The notes below the pieces were generated by a model. That model did not search any database, had not been told where the DNA came from, and saw only the letters and a program-made list of their open reading frames with translations. From assembly GCA_044433165.1 (NCBI GenBank), contig JAWXTX010000001.1, positions 8,685-72,684 of the forward strand: a stretch of 64,000 nt of DNA, in the 5' to 3' direction. Shown here piece by piece: positions 1 to 9,319 of this stretch. How positions within the stretch are numbered: position 1 is the first letter of the stretch; every line of letters starts with the position of its first letter. This stretch comes from Ferrimonas sp. Lineage in GTDB: Bacteria > Pseudomonadota > Gammaproteobacteria > Enterobacterales > Shewanellaceae. The position numbers and the translations under genes were made by a program.

Positions 1-531
1 TGCTTGTGCTAAACGGCGGCGCAAGGTGAGATCGTTACCCCAATAACCGTCAGCACTGTTCGGGCCAACAATATCGATAATGCTGTCGTTATGCTGCAGG
101 TAGAAACTGTCATTACCATTTACGTAAACGTTATCGTAATTGCCGGTACCTACCCCAATTTTAGCAATGGCGCCTTGTGCGGTGAGCTGCGTTTGGTAAT
201 CGGCACTGGCACCACTATTTAAGAGCACCAATGATTGGCCAGCGGCTAAGGTGATGCCACTGAGCAATAGACTGCCATCGGCATTTTTTAGGACATTGAC
301 ATAACTGCCACTGCCAAGGATCACCGCTTGAGTAGCGTCGGTAAAGGTAAAGGATTCCGCTGCGTGGGTGTTGGTGATCTCAATGGAGCCAACGCTTATA
401 TCATTATTGTTTTGCACATATTCGGTAATGAGAATGTCACTAATACCTGCGTGTGTTGAGGGCGATAAGAGCGCCAAAGTAATGGCACTAAGGGTACTGG
501 TAATGGCCAGCGAAGTGATGCTGAATTTCAT
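1..531 (-). CDS. Secreted lamin-tail-domain (LTD) protein, ExeM/NucH-type extracellular nuclease-like, N-terminal part (gene runs off the window start)
   Basis: Manual translation from ATG at 531-529: MKFSITSLAITSTLSAITLALLSPSTHAG ISDILITEYVQNNND..IEITN....FYLQHNDSIIDIVGP..WGNDLTLRRR. It has a signal peptide plus the LITEYVxG..IEIxN / WGxDxTLRR pattern typical of LTDs on extracellular nucleases. It is not in the ORF track because it is truncated. Confidence 0.6.
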   Translation of the reverse strand, partial: MKFSITSLAITSTLSAITLALLSPSTHAGISDILITEYVQNNNDISVGSIEITNTHAAESFTFTDATQAVILGSGSYVNVLKNADGSLLLSGITLAAGQSLVLLNSGASADYQTQLTAQGAIAKIGVGTGNYDNVYVNGNDSFYLQHNDSIIDIVGPNSADGYWGNDLTLRRRLAQA

Positions 532-570
532 AATGGGTTAGCCTTCCATGGAAAAGAGAGAAAAGGGCGC

Positions 571-1617
571 TTAAAAATAGATACGGGCATAGGCGTAACC
601 CGCTTCGGGGGCTTCACCCACGCGCCCTTCTAATGCCAATACGGTGTTTTTATTGGGCCAATAATGGATGCCAGCGCTACCCCAACGGCGTTCTTTGCCA
701 AATGCTGGTGGTAGTTCTTCGCTGTTGTAATTCGGGCTTTCAATGTCCCATTGTTCATATTGCTCGATGCTGGCCGCGGCAATAAATGCCAATGCGCTAC
801 TCAGTTGATAACGGCCTGATAAAACCGCACCATAATTTCGATAGCGTTGGTAATTTAAATAAACATCACCTGATTGTAAGGTGGCAATATCTTCGTCTTC
901 AGCAAAAGCATTAAGGCCTAAGCTTAATGAGGAATTGAAATGCCATTGAACGCCAAGCCCGAGCAGTTGTTGTTCCCCATATTTACTTTCGCCATGCGAA
1001 CCACCACGACCCTCGCCACCAAGGACAATGGCAAAATGCTCAGAAATAAAGCCAAGGTAACCATTAATAATATCGCCCTGCAAAGCACCATTTTTATGTT
1101 TTCCCTCATAAGAGTAGGAAATGCCATAGATAAAATGAGCAAACTCAGCCTGATATTTTATGGTGTTTTCTTGATCGCCAGCCTCGCCGGTTTCGGCTGC
1201 TTTATTGAAGCTAAAATCCCCAAAATGATCAAAATCATCGAAGGCGGTATCGGTTAAGCCCAGCTCCAACCATTGGTGCTCAGTAAGTTGGTAGCCCAAA
1301 TAAAGTTTATCAATGTCGAGCTCAAATTCGCCTGAACCACCCAGCCAGTTTTGCCGCTGATAATCGAGTTCTAGCCGATAAATAACTCGGTTGTTCACCC
1401 CTTTGACGCCAAAACTGGCAAAGCTATCATCCACATAATTTTTGGTTTGATAAAACTCATCATGATGATAATCACTGTTGGCATTAAGGTAACCACCCAC
1501 ACCGATCTCACCATAAAATTGAGCTTTGGTATGATAGGGTAAATCGCTATTAGCCACTGCTGTGGTACTGCAAATAACAGCAGCAGTAGCCAAGGCGACA
1601 ACGCTTAATTTAAACAC
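571..1617 (-). CDS. Outer-membrane porin (general Gram-negative porin-like beta-barrel)
   Basis: 348 aa with signal peptide MFKLSVVALATAAVICSTTAVA. It shows alternating beta-strand pattern and many Y/G/D residues, with C-terminal ...YAYARIYF (terminal Phe). GTG start is preceded by AAGGA. Confidence 0.7.
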   Translation of the reverse strand: MFKLSVVALATAAVICSTTAVANSDLPYHTKAQFYGEIGVGGYLNANSDYHHDEFYQTKNYVDDSFASFGVKGVNNRVIYRLELDYQRQNWLGGSGEFELDIDKLYLGYQLTEHQWLELGLTDTAFDDFDHFGDFSFNKAAETGEAGDQENTIKYQAEFAHFIYGISYSYEGKHKNGALQGDIINGYLGFISEHFAIVLGGEGRGGSHGESKYGEQQLLGLGVQWHFNSSLSLGLNAFAEDEDIATLQSGDVYLNYQRYRNYGAVLSGRYQLSSALAFIAAASIEQYEQWDIESPNYNSEELPPAFGKERRWGSAGIHYWPNKNTVLALEGRVGEAPEAGYAYARIYF

Positions 1618-1937
1618 GGCAATATCCTTATAATTGTGTGGCGAGCGAAAGAATAAATGCCACTAAACTAAAAATAGGTGCCGTTGTTTTATAATGAGTT
1701 AAATAGATTGGCTTTATCGCCAACATAACTTTGAACATTTTAATTGTTTGTTGCTAATAAAATGCCAACATTCCTAGTTTTAAAATATTTTACAGTTTAA
1801 TATCCTGTTTGTTTTTTTTTAATTAAATATTGTTGAATCGATTTTATCGGCGCTGGGATTAATTTTACTCGCCTATCGCTATTATTAATGATGAGTCGAT
1901 GTTTATTTGGTGCGGCATCGTTAGCGGGTTGTCATCC

Positions 1938-1967
1938 GCACAACCACAACCACAACCACAACCACAA
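1938..1967. repeat. Hexanucleotide simple-sequence repeat (CACAAC)x5 embedded in a hairpin downstream of yggX
   Basis: There are five perfect tandem CACAAC units. The complementary arm ggtggttgtgtgc lies at about 1986-1998. ORF 1888-2112 (HNHNHNHN) is just the translation of this repeat. Confidence 0.9.
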
Positions 1968-2028
1968 CCCACTCGCTGGTGGGAGGTGGTTGTGTGCTTG
2001 TTCAGAAAAGCCTGAACGAGGACGAAAT

Positions 2029-2304
2029 TTAACTGTCCTGCTGAGGTTGGTAACCTTCGATGGTGATCTCCTCGCCATCGAACAGAAATGCTTGCATCTT
2101 CTGTTCAAGTAACGCGCGATGCTCGGGATTCATCATGTTGAGCTTGTGCTCATTGATTAACATGGTTTGCTTTTTTTGCCACAAAGCCCACGCTTCTTGG
2201 CTGATGTTATCAAATATCCGCTTGCCTAATTCACCAGGGTAAAACTGGAAATCAAGCCCGGGAGCTTCTTTTTGTAAGTATTGGCAAAAGACCATTCGTG
2301 CCAT
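2029..2304 (-). CDS. yggX: Fe(2+)-trafficking protein YggX
   Basis: The 91-aa product [49 protein letters not shown] closely matches enterobacterial and Vibrio YggX. It sits downstream of mutY as in E. coli. Confidence 0.95.
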   Translation of the reverse strand: MARMVFCQYLQKEAPGLDFQFYPGELGKRIFDNISQEAWALWQKKQTMLINEHKLNMMNPEHRALLEQKMQAFLFDGEEITIEGYQPQQDS

Positions 2305-2403
2305 GTTGTTGTTTCCTTAAAATAAGCGTTAGGCCAGTTATAACAGATGGCGCGATGGGCTGCATCTACACCACTGTATTGGTATCTGGTTGGCTGGCTT
2401 GAG

Positions 2404-3444
2404 TTATGATAACTGAGCTAAGATTTTTTCTGTGGCGGCCGCCAATCCCACATTAAATGGCTCGTTAACGGCAAACCAACCCGCTGGGTTATCTGCGATG
2501 ATCGCCGGTGGCTGCTTTAACAGCGCCACCATTGGTTGAATGTCAAAATGGTAATGGCTAAATGTATGTCGAAATGCCGTCAGTCGTTCAGGCTCTGCCA
2601 GTAATTGATAGGAGTACAATTGCTTTTGTAAGGCTGCCTCGCTGGCAAATTGCGGTAAACACCATAACCCTCCCCAAATTCCCGTTGGTGGGCGTTTTTC
2701 CAAATAAACTTGGCCTTGGTAGAGCAGTACCAATAACCATCCTTGTTGAATTGGCTTTGCTTTTTTGGGTTTTTTCGCCGGTAGCTCAGCAATGCGTTGC
2801 TGCTGTCGGGCTTTGCAATCTTGCTGCACGGGGCATTGCTCGCATTTAGGTCGAGTTCGGGTGCAGATCAAAGCCCCCATATCCATCATGGCTTGGTTGT
2901 AAGGTTGAGTTTGCTGCTTAGGCGTATGCGCAATGGCCACTTCCCAGAGCCGATTTTCCACGGCTTTGGTGCCATACCAGCCTTCAATGGCTTGATGGCG
3001 GGTTAATACACGTTTGACGTTACCATCTAAAATGGCGTGCGGCTGGTTGAGTGCCAGACTCAAAATGGCACCGGCAGTTGAACGGCCGATGCCCGGCAAG
3101 CTCATCACGGTCTCGATGTCGGTTGGAAATTGCCCTTGGTGTTGTTGGCCGATCACTTGAGCACAGCGATGCAAATTGCGACCACGGGCGTAATAGCCAA
3201 GGCCTGTCCATAGGTGCAGTACTTCATCAAGTTCTGCGACCGCGAGATCCGCTAAGGTTGGAAAGCGCTCAGTAAAACGCTCAAAGTAGGGGATCACCGT
3301 GGCCACTTGGGTTTGTTGAAGCATAATTTCAGAGAGCCACACTCGATAAGGGCTGCGATTGAACTGCCAAGGTAGGGTTTTTCGGCCATGCAGTTGATAC
3401 CAGTTGAGGATCCGCTGCGCAAAGGCGGTGGGGTTCGCTTCCAT
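2404..3444 (-). CDS. mutY: A/G-specific adenine DNA glycosylase MutY
   Basis: The start was trimmed to the internal ATG (3444) giving [27 protein letters not shown]. The HhH-GPD region, the Fe-S cluster motif C..C.C....C ([17 protein letters not shown]) and a NUDIX-like C-terminal domain are present. The 5' extension of the tracked ORF overlaps trmB and looks non-coding. Confidence 0.95.
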   Translation of the reverse strand: MEANPTAFAQRILNWYQLHGRKTLPWQFNRSPYRVWLSEIMLQQTQVATVIPYFERFTERFPTLADLAVAELDEVLHLWTGLGYYARGRNLHRCAQVIGQQHQGQFPTDIETVMSLPGIGRSTAGAILSLALNQPHAILDGNVKRVLTRHQAIEGWYGTKAVENRLWEVAIAHTPKQQTQPYNQAMMDMGALICTRTRPKCEQCPVQQDCKARQQQRIAELPAKKPKKAKPIQQGWLLVLLYQGQVYLEKRPPTGIWGGLWCLPQFASEAALQKQLYSYQLLAEPERLTAFRHTFSHYHFDIQPMVALLKQPPAIIADNPAGWFAVNEPFNVGLAAATEKILAQLS

Positions 3445-3523
3445 CAATGAGCAACCTAAAATACAATCACGCGATTTGGGTGGGCGACAGTGTAGCGCTC
3501 GATTCCATAACCGAGAAGAATTG

Positions 3524-4240
3524 ATGACTGATAAGCAACAACAGCCAGAGACGAATGAGGATCTGCGCTTACGGAAAATTCGCTCCTTTGTGAAGCGTGA
3601 AGGCCGTTTAACCAAAGGCCAAGCCCGTGCGATGGAGCAATACTGGCCAACAATGGGGCTGCAACACAGCGATGGTTTGCTGGATATTGCGCAGGCCTTT
3701 GAACGCAGTGCTCCTGTGGTGTTAGAAATTGGCTTTGGCATGGGGAAATCCTTGGTGGAAATGGCCAAGGCCGAGCCAGAGAAAAACTTTATTGGCATTG
3801 AAGTGCATGGCCCGGGTGTTGGTGCTTGTTTGCAATATGCAGAAGAGCTTGGGGTCACGAACCTGAAACTGTATTACCACGATGCCATTGAGATTTTGGC
3901 GGATTGCATCGCGGATAACAGCCTTGACCGTGTGCAGCTGTATTTCCCTGATCCATGGCATAAAAAGCGCCACCATAAGCGCCGCATTGTGCGTGAGGAG
4001 TTTGTGGCGGTGATCCGTCAAAAGCTAAAAGTAGGAGGCCTGTTCCATATGGCAACGGATTGGGAGCATTATGCCGAGCATATGGTTGCCGAAATGTACT
4101 TTGCCGAAGGCTTTGATAACACGGCAAGCGAAGGCTATTTCGTTGCACGCCCAGCGTTTCGGCCATTAACCAAATTTGAAGCACGTGGCCACCGTTTAGG
4201 CCATGGCGTGTGGGATATGATTTATAAAAAGACCGCATAA
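3524..4240 (+). CDS. trmB: tRNA (guanine46-N7)-methyltransferase TrmB
   Basis: Start is at ATG 3524 (MTDKQQQPE...). It carries [24 protein letters not shown] and [15 protein letters not shown] motifs and is divergent from mutY as in E. coli. Confidence 0.95.
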   Translation: MTDKQQQPETNEDLRLRKIRSFVKREGRLTKGQARAMEQYWPTMGLQHSDGLLDIAQAFERSAPVVLEIGFGMGKSLVEMAKAEPEKNFIGIEVHGPGVGACLQYAEELGVTNLKLYYHDAIEILADCIADNSLDRVQLYFPDPWHKKRHHKRRIVREEFVAVIRQKLKVGGLFHMATDWEHYAEHMVAEMYFAEGFDNTASEGYFVARPAFRPLTKFEARGHRLGHGVWDMIYKKTA

Positions 4241-4263
4241 TTTAAGTGGTGCTAAGTATACTG

Positions 4264-4297
4264 AACCGCGCTTCCAGGCTTGGAGTGCGGTTTTTTT
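4264..4297 (+). terminator. Rho-independent terminator after trmB
   Basis: aaccgcgcttccaggcttggagtgcggtt is followed by a T7 run. Confidence 0.6.
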
Positions 4298-4429
4298 ATG
4301 GAAAAATCGGTTGTGATTTCGAGGTGAATTGGGCTGTTTCGGCTTACTATCTGGGCCGTACTTTAGTGATGGCGAAGCGGAGAATAAATCCTAAATGCTG
4401 TGCTATAACTTGCAACCCTGAGTGCAAAG

Positions 4430-5344
4430 ATGATGTTAGATAACCAATTATTGCAACGCCTAGTCGATGACGTACGGCCACTAATTGGCCAAGGTAAATT
4501 GGCCGATTACATCCCAGAGCTTGCGAAGGTGGCCAACCACAAGTTGGGCATTGCCATTTGTACGGCCGATGGCACCTTAGGCGCTGGGGATCACTTAGAG
4601 CAATTTTCGATTCAAAGTATTTCTAAGGTGTTTGCGTTGGCGCAAGCCATGACGTTGTATAGCGAAGAGCAACTTTGGCAGCGGGTGGGTAAAGAGCCAT
4701 CGGGCAATGCGTTTAATTCACTGGTTCAACTCGAACATGAGCGAGGTATGCCTCGCAACCCCTTCATTAATGCTGGGGCGTTGGTTCTGTGCGATTTATT
4801 ACAAAGCCGGCTGAGTGCGCCGCGCTACAATATGTTGGAGCTGGTACGTGCCTTGGCCGAGAACCCTCATATTATGGTGGATAAAAGAGTTGCCTATTCT
4901 GAATATCAGCATCGTGCTCGCAACGCCGCCATTGCCTATTTAATGCAATCTTTTGGCAATATTCATAATGACGTGGATCAAGTGCTCCGTAACTATTTTA
5001 GTCAATGCGCTTTAAGGATGAGTTGCAGTGATTTGGCTAAAGCTTTTTACTTTCTTTCAAATCAAGGTGTTGCATTTAATGGTCGGCGTTTATTAACCGA
5101 GAAACAGACTCGGCGGCTGAATGCGTTATTAGCGACATCCGGTTTGTATGATGGTGCTGGTGAATTTGCTTATCGTGTGGGAATGCCCGGCAAAAGTGGG
5201 GTTGGTGGTGGCATTGTCGCGGTGATCCCTGGGGAAATGAGCATTTGTGTGTGGTCCCCTGAACTGGACGAAAATGGCAACTCTTTCGCGGGAATCGCAA
5301 TGCTGGAGCTGTTGGGTAAACGGTTGAATCGTTCGATTTTTTAA
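4430..5344 (+). CDS. glsA: Glutaminase (GlsA/GlsB family)
   Basis: 304 aa with [23 protein letters not shown] and NPFINAGA motifs characteristic of the serine-dependent glutaminase family. Confidence 0.9.
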   Translation: MMLDNQLLQRLVDDVRPLIGQGKLADYIPELAKVANHKLGIAICTADGTLGAGDHLEQFSIQSISKVFALAQAMTLYSEEQLWQRVGKEPSGNAFNSLVQLEHERGMPRNPFINAGALVLCDLLQSRLSAPRYNMLELVRALAENPHIMVDKRVAYSEYQHRARNAAIAYLMQSFGNIHNDVDQVLRNYFSQCALRMSCSDLAKAFYFLSNQGVAFNGRRLLTEKQTRRLNALLATSGLYDGAGEFAYRVGMPGKSGVGGGIVAVIPGEMSICVWSPELDENGNSFAGIAMLELLGKRLNRSIF

Positions 5345-5530
5345 CATTTAGCTGGGGCTCGCCCAGAAACGCCTACTGCCGATGGCGTTCGCGGCACTGA
5401 GATCCTCCATGAATGTTACAATAAGTTGACGGCAGCCCAAATACGTTAAAAAAAGCAGTGATATTTATTTCACTGCTTTTCTTTGGGTGAGACCAAGGCC
5501 ACAATAGCGCTAGTTTGAAAGGGGAGCATT

Positions 5531-6436
5531 ATGCGCGAGTTGTTGGAGCCGATAGTCATCTTTACCCACGTAGTGAGAGCCCAAGGGTTTTCTGCGGCGG
5601 CACGAAAGTTGGGGATCTCAAAGTCAAAAGTGAGTAGCCAAATTAGCACGTTAGAGCAGCGCTTGGGGGTGCAGTTAGTGCAGCGTACTACGCGTTCTTT
5701 GAGCCTAACGGAAAGCGGTGAACTCTTATATGGACACAGTGAGGTTCTGCTCCGAGATTTAGATCAAGCGATCGCCAGCGTGCAGGATCTGCAAAAAGAG
5801 ATCCGGGGGGTATTGCGGGTTGGGATCACCCAAGCTTTTGGGGCGCTGCATTTAATGCCTTTACTGCCTAAGTTTATGGAGCAGCACCCAGAGCTGGAAT
5901 TGGAAGTCAGTTTTTTAGATCATAAAGTGGATGTGGTGGCTGAAGGGTTGGATTTATTACTCACCATGTCAGAGCAATTGCCGCTGGGCATGGTGGCGCG
6001 CCCAATTTTAGATTGCGATTTCGTGCTCGTTGCCTCGCCTGATTACTTAGCGGAGCGGGGTGTTCCCTACCACCCTGAGCAACTGAATCAGCACAATTGC
6101 TTAATCTATAAGAGCGAATGGTATGAGCACGGCAATTGGGAGTTTAGCCAAGGAGACGATAAGTTTGAGATCCGCGTGAAAGGGAATTATCGAGTGGATG
6201 ACGCTCCAGCCCTAAAAGATGCTGCCATCCGTGGCATGGGGGTGGTTTATCTGGCGACTTACCTATTGGAAAACGAATTAAAAGATGGCTCGTTAGTGCA
6301 AATTATGCCGGACTGGAAATTAACCCATCAGTTAAGTTTGCAAGCGGTGTACCCACGGCGCCAACATTTGCCACCCAAAGTACGCGCTTTTGTGGATTTT
6401 GTGCGTTTGCATTTCAGTAAAGAGCAGGTGTTCTAG
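5531..6436 (+). CDS. LysR-family transcriptional regulator
   Basis: 301 aa with an N-terminal wHTH (FSAAARKLGISKSKVSSQISTLEQRLGVQLVQRTTRSLSLTESG) and a LysR substrate-binding domain. Confidence 0.9.
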   Translation: MRELLEPIVIFTHVVRAQGFSAAARKLGISKSKVSSQISTLEQRLGVQLVQRTTRSLSLTESGELLYGHSEVLLRDLDQAIASVQDLQKEIRGVLRVGITQAFGALHLMPLLPKFMEQHPELELEVSFLDHKVDVVAEGLDLLLTMSEQLPLGMVARPILDCDFVLVASPDYLAERGVPYHPEQLNQHNCLIYKSEWYEHGNWEFSQGDDKFEIRVKGNYRVDDAPALKDAAIRGMGVVYLATYLLENELKDGSLVQIMPDWKLTHQLSLQAVYPRRQHLPPKVRAFVDFVRLHFSKEQVF

Positions 6437-6453
6437 CGGCGATTGCCCCATCT

Positions 6454-6494
6454 AAAAAACGGTTTGTTTAATTCAATAAACAAACCGTTTTTTT
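6454..6494. terminator. Bidirectional-looking intrinsic terminator after the LysR gene
   Basis: aaaaaacggtttgttta-attca-ataaacaaaccgttttttt forms a perfect long stem flanked by A and T runs. Confidence 0.75.
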
Positions 6495-6596
6495 ATGGTC
6501 ATTTTTTCTTATATCTATATGATAAATAAAGGATTAAAAGCGGATGTGTGTTTTTCGTTCAATGGCTGCCTTATTGAATAATCGCGTGTTTGATTC

Positions 6597-6624
6597 TTGC
6601 CTGTTGCGCATGGCTCGGTACAAT
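6597..6624 (+). promoter_or_regulatory. Candidate sigma70 promoter (TTGCCT-N16-TACAAT) of an orphan transcription unit
   Basis: The -35 TTGCCT lies at 6597-6602, followed by a 16-nt spacer and -10 TACAAT at 6619-6624. It sits between the LysR terminator and an orphan terminator at 6772-6800. Confidence 0.35.
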
Positions 6625-6630
6625 TATTTC

Positions 6631-6800
6631 ATCTTAAGGCCACATAATTACATTCATATGGCCGAGTCATCATTACCAATCTTTGTACCCTACAAGCGCA
6701 AATGGTAATAAGGCAGTTGGGTAATAAAGGCCGATAAAATGAATAATGAGCCTATCCAATTGTGACATTAAGGGAGATCTTCGGGTCTCCCTTTTTCTTT
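6631..6800 (+). ncRNA. Candidate small RNA or short leader transcript (about 170 nt) ending at an intrinsic terminator
   Basis: A predicted promoter lies upstream and an internal hairpin ggccacat...atatggcc is present. The strong terminator is gggaga-tcttcgg-tctccc plus TTTTTCTTT (6772-6800). Only very short ORFs (16 aa, 8 aa) lie inside. I did not recognise a family. Confidence 0.3.
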
Positions 6801-6890
6801 GTGTGAATTCATCGCAGCAGAACGATGTGGTAATGGATAAATAAAGTACAGTTTGCCCGCATTTATTGTTGGGCAGAGGTCCTACCTGCT

Positions 6891-6899
6891 TGGTATGAT
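6891..6899 (+). promoter_or_regulatory. Candidate extended -10 promoter (TGGTATGAT) for mscS
   Basis: A TGnTATgAT motif lies about 85 nt upstream of the mscS ATG and downstream of the orphan terminator. Confidence 0.3.
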
Positions 6900-6981
6900 G
6901 CGCTCCATCTGCATGCTCTGCAGCAAATTCGAACGGCAGTGGCCGTTTGAGGGATTATTTTGCTTTAATTTGGAGTCGTTA

Positions 6982-7818
6982 ATGGAAACGGATCAGTTAG
7001 TTGATTTTATGCACCATGCCCCTGAGGCTATTTTAGGGTATGGCATGAAATTAGTGGTTGCCATTGTTATTTTTCTTATTGGTCGCTGGGTTGCTAAATT
7101 GCTCTCCAGTCTGGTGCGCAACATCCTTACCAAGCGTCAAATGGACGTTACCGTTACCGGTTTTATTGGCAACATCGTTTCGACGTTGGTGATGATTGTC
7201 ACCTTAATTGCAGTACTGGGCAAGCTGGGCGTTGAAACCGCGTCGCTGGTTGCGGTATTAGGTGCCGCTGGTTTGGCCGTGGGTTTGGCGCTGCAAGGTT
7301 CTTTATCAAACTTTGCTTCTGGCGTACTGCTGGTTACCTTCCGTCCGTGCCGTGCCGGTGATTACATTGAAGCGGCTGGCGTTGCCGGTACGGTACAAGA
7401 GATCAATATCTTCTCTACCACCCTATTAACCCCAGACAATAAGCGTATTACTTGCCCGAACTCCTCGATCATGAACGACGTGATTGTCAACTTCAGTGCC
7501 ATGGATACGCGTCGAGTGGATTTGGTGATTGGCGTGGCTTACCACTCTGACTTGCAAGAAGTAAAAGCTGCCCTGTCTAAAGCGGTAAGCGAAAACAGCT
7601 TGGTATTGGCTGAGCCTGCACCAACGATTGAGGTAAGCGCCTTGGCCGACTCATCCATTAACTTTGTGGTACGCCCATGGGTAAACAGTGCCGATTACTG
7701 GACGGCTTACTTTGGTTTGCATGCCGCCATTAAAGTGGAACTGGATAAAGCGGGTATTAGCATTCCATTCCCACAAATGGATGTTCACGTGAAGCAGCTG
7801 CCAGCTCAAAACTCGTAA
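6982..7818 (+). CDS. mscS: Small-conductance mechanosensitive channel MscS
   Basis: Start was trimmed to ATG 6982 (RBS tggag), giving 278 aa. It has three N-terminal TM helices, and the GLAVGLALQGSLSNFASGVLLV pore helix and cytoplasmic beta domain match MscS. Confidence 0.9.
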   Translation: METDQLVDFMHHAPEAILGYGMKLVVAIVIFLIGRWVAKLLSSLVRNILTKRQMDVTVTGFIGNIVSTLVMIVTLIAVLGKLGVETASLVAVLGAAGLAVGLALQGSLSNFASGVLLVTFRPCRAGDYIEAAGVAGTVQEINIFSTTLLTPDNKRITCPNSSIMNDVIVNFSAMDTRRVDLVIGVAYHSDLQEVKAALSKAVSENSLVLAEPAPTIEVSALADSSINFVVRPWVNSADYWTAYFGLHAAIKVELDKAGISIPFPQMDVHVKQLPAQNS

Positions 7819-7841
7819 TTCGAAACGAGACTGGCCTGATG

Positions 7842-7878
7842 CAACAAAGCCCCATCTTAGGATGGGGCTTTGTTGTTT
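7842..7878 (+). terminator. Rho-independent terminator after mscS
   Basis: caacaaagcccca-tcttagg-atggggctttgttg is followed by TTT. Confidence 0.75.
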
Positions 7879-8098
7879 AAGATTTTGGATTAGGCGCTAA
7901 CTCGAACCCAAAATGATTTCGACCATCATTATGGCACTATTTATGGTTTTTGCTATGACCTTCATTAGGATGATACATCAGCCTCAGGTGAATTTAATTC
8001 ATGAATGGTGCTGTTGTGAGCGTTGAATTAGCGTTATCGGTTATTTCGGCTGAATACAGTTGGCCTGACGGGATTATTCAGGCCGATTGATTATTGCA

Positions 8099-8464
8099 CT
8101 AGAGACAACAATTTTGTAACCGTTGTGGACGATGGTTACCGAGGGTGCGCTCAAGCTCAACCAAAGCGGCTTGGATACTGGGTTCGGCTTGTTGTAAGGC
8201 CAACTGGATGATTTGCTCGGCCCATATCGGAAGTTGAGAATGTAATTGATAATAGACCCAATTCCCTTGGCGGCGGTCTTGCAAAATATCGAGCTGGCGT
8301 AATTGCGCCAGATGCCGTGAAATTTTGGGTTGGCTTTGCTTAAGGGCAGCGGTGAGTTCGCATACGCATAACTCGTTTTCGTGGACAATCAACAAGAGGC
8401 TCTGTAAACGTGTGGTATCGGCCATGGCTTTAAAAAGCAGCAGGGGAGTGAGAGCGGTAGACAT
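8099..8464 (-). CDS. ArsR/SmtB-family metalloregulator-type transcriptional repressor
   Basis: 121 aa with FKAMADTTRLQSLLLI..ELCVCELTAALKQSQPKISRHLAQLRQ..ILQDRRQGNWVYYQL. This is a wHTH with a CVC motif in helix alpha3. Confidence 0.85.
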   Translation of the reverse strand: MSTALTPLLLFKAMADTTRLQSLLLIVHENELCVCELTAALKQSQPKISRHLAQLRQLDILQDRRQGNWVYYQLHSQLPIWAEQIIQLALQQAEPSIQAALVELERTLGNHRPQRLQNCCL

Positions 8465-8706
8465 AGGGGCAACTCAATGAGATCAAGGCTCTTACTATAG
8501 CGATAGCTAGGAGGGCAGATCAAATGGCGCATCTAGGTGCGACTGATTGCGTTTTTGCACTGAGACGTAAAGCCGATGTTTGCAGTGGTGCAGTGGTGCG
8601 GTGTGCTTAAAGACAATGGGTGGGAGAACGCGCCTTTCCAATCTATGCTTGCTATTGGCGAAATAATCAGCCGCCATAATAGCGCATTCAATGCAAGGTT
8701 GGTGAT

Positions 8707-9153
8707 ATGCAATCAAAGGCCCCTAAAACGATTAAAGCCCCTTGGTACCAGTATCTTATTGCGTTGTTTGGGCTGGTTTGGAATGGCACTGGGGCCTACG
8801 ATTTTTATTTAATTCAAAGTAACGACGGCCAGCATTTGCAGCATTTTACGCCGGCCCAATTGGAGTTTTTATTTGGCTTGCCAGCTTGGGTTGTGGCCTG
8901 CTGGGGATTGTCGGTATTTGGCGGTAGTTTAGGCTGTATCTTGCTCTTGTTGCGGCGCATTCAGGCGGTGCCGCTGTTGGCGCTGTCGTGGTTAACTATG
9001 GTGGCAACGATTATTTATAACTATGGCATCAGTGATGGCATGGCTTTGATGGGGGACGATCTTCAGCTTGGGGCCACGCTGGTGATTTTATTAGCCTCAT
9101 TATTATTGCTGTTGTATGCCCGAAATTTAGGGCAGCAGGGGCAACTACGCTGA
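8707..9153 (+). CDS. Hypothetical inner-membrane protein (about 4 TM segments), divergent from the ArsR regulator
   Basis: 148 aa with four clear hydrophobic segments. I recognised no motif. Confidence 0.6.
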   Translation: MQSKAPKTIKAPWYQYLIALFGLVWNGTGAYDFYLIQSNDGQHLQHFTPAQLEFLFGLPAWVVACWGLSVFGGSLGCILLLLRRIQAVPLLALSWLTMVATIIYNYGISDGMALMGDDLQLGATLVILLASLLLLLYARNLGQQGQLR

Positions 9154-9319
9154 TTGGGAACGTGCACTCTAGTGTGAAAATTCAGACAAGCCAACAGCCC
9201 CGATCGATAGGAATGTCCTTGTTAACGTTTGCTGTGATGAGTAAGCGCCGTACCTTAAGGTAAAGCGTCTCACTTAGTGCCATAAAGGCAGGGCGCTTCA
9301 CCTTGAGGCGTTATCTTAT

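Noticed and set aside
1888-2112. 74-aa plus-strand ORF containing HNHNHNHNHN.
   Set aside because: It is the translation of the (CACAAC)5 repeat and overlaps the 3' end of yggX on the opposite strand. It has no RBS and no coding-like sequence.
3445-3858. The 138-codon N-terminal extension of the mutY ORF, and the 40-codon extension of trmB (3404-3523).
   Set aside because: The extensions overlap each other on opposite strands. They are Cys/Ser/Pro/Arg-rich nonsense, and the internal ATGs reproduce the canonical MutY and TrmB N-termini.
4246-4443. 65-aa plus-strand ORF between trmB and glsA.
   Set aside because: It runs straight through the trmB terminator hairpin and into the glsA start. 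It has no RBS and an implausible composition.
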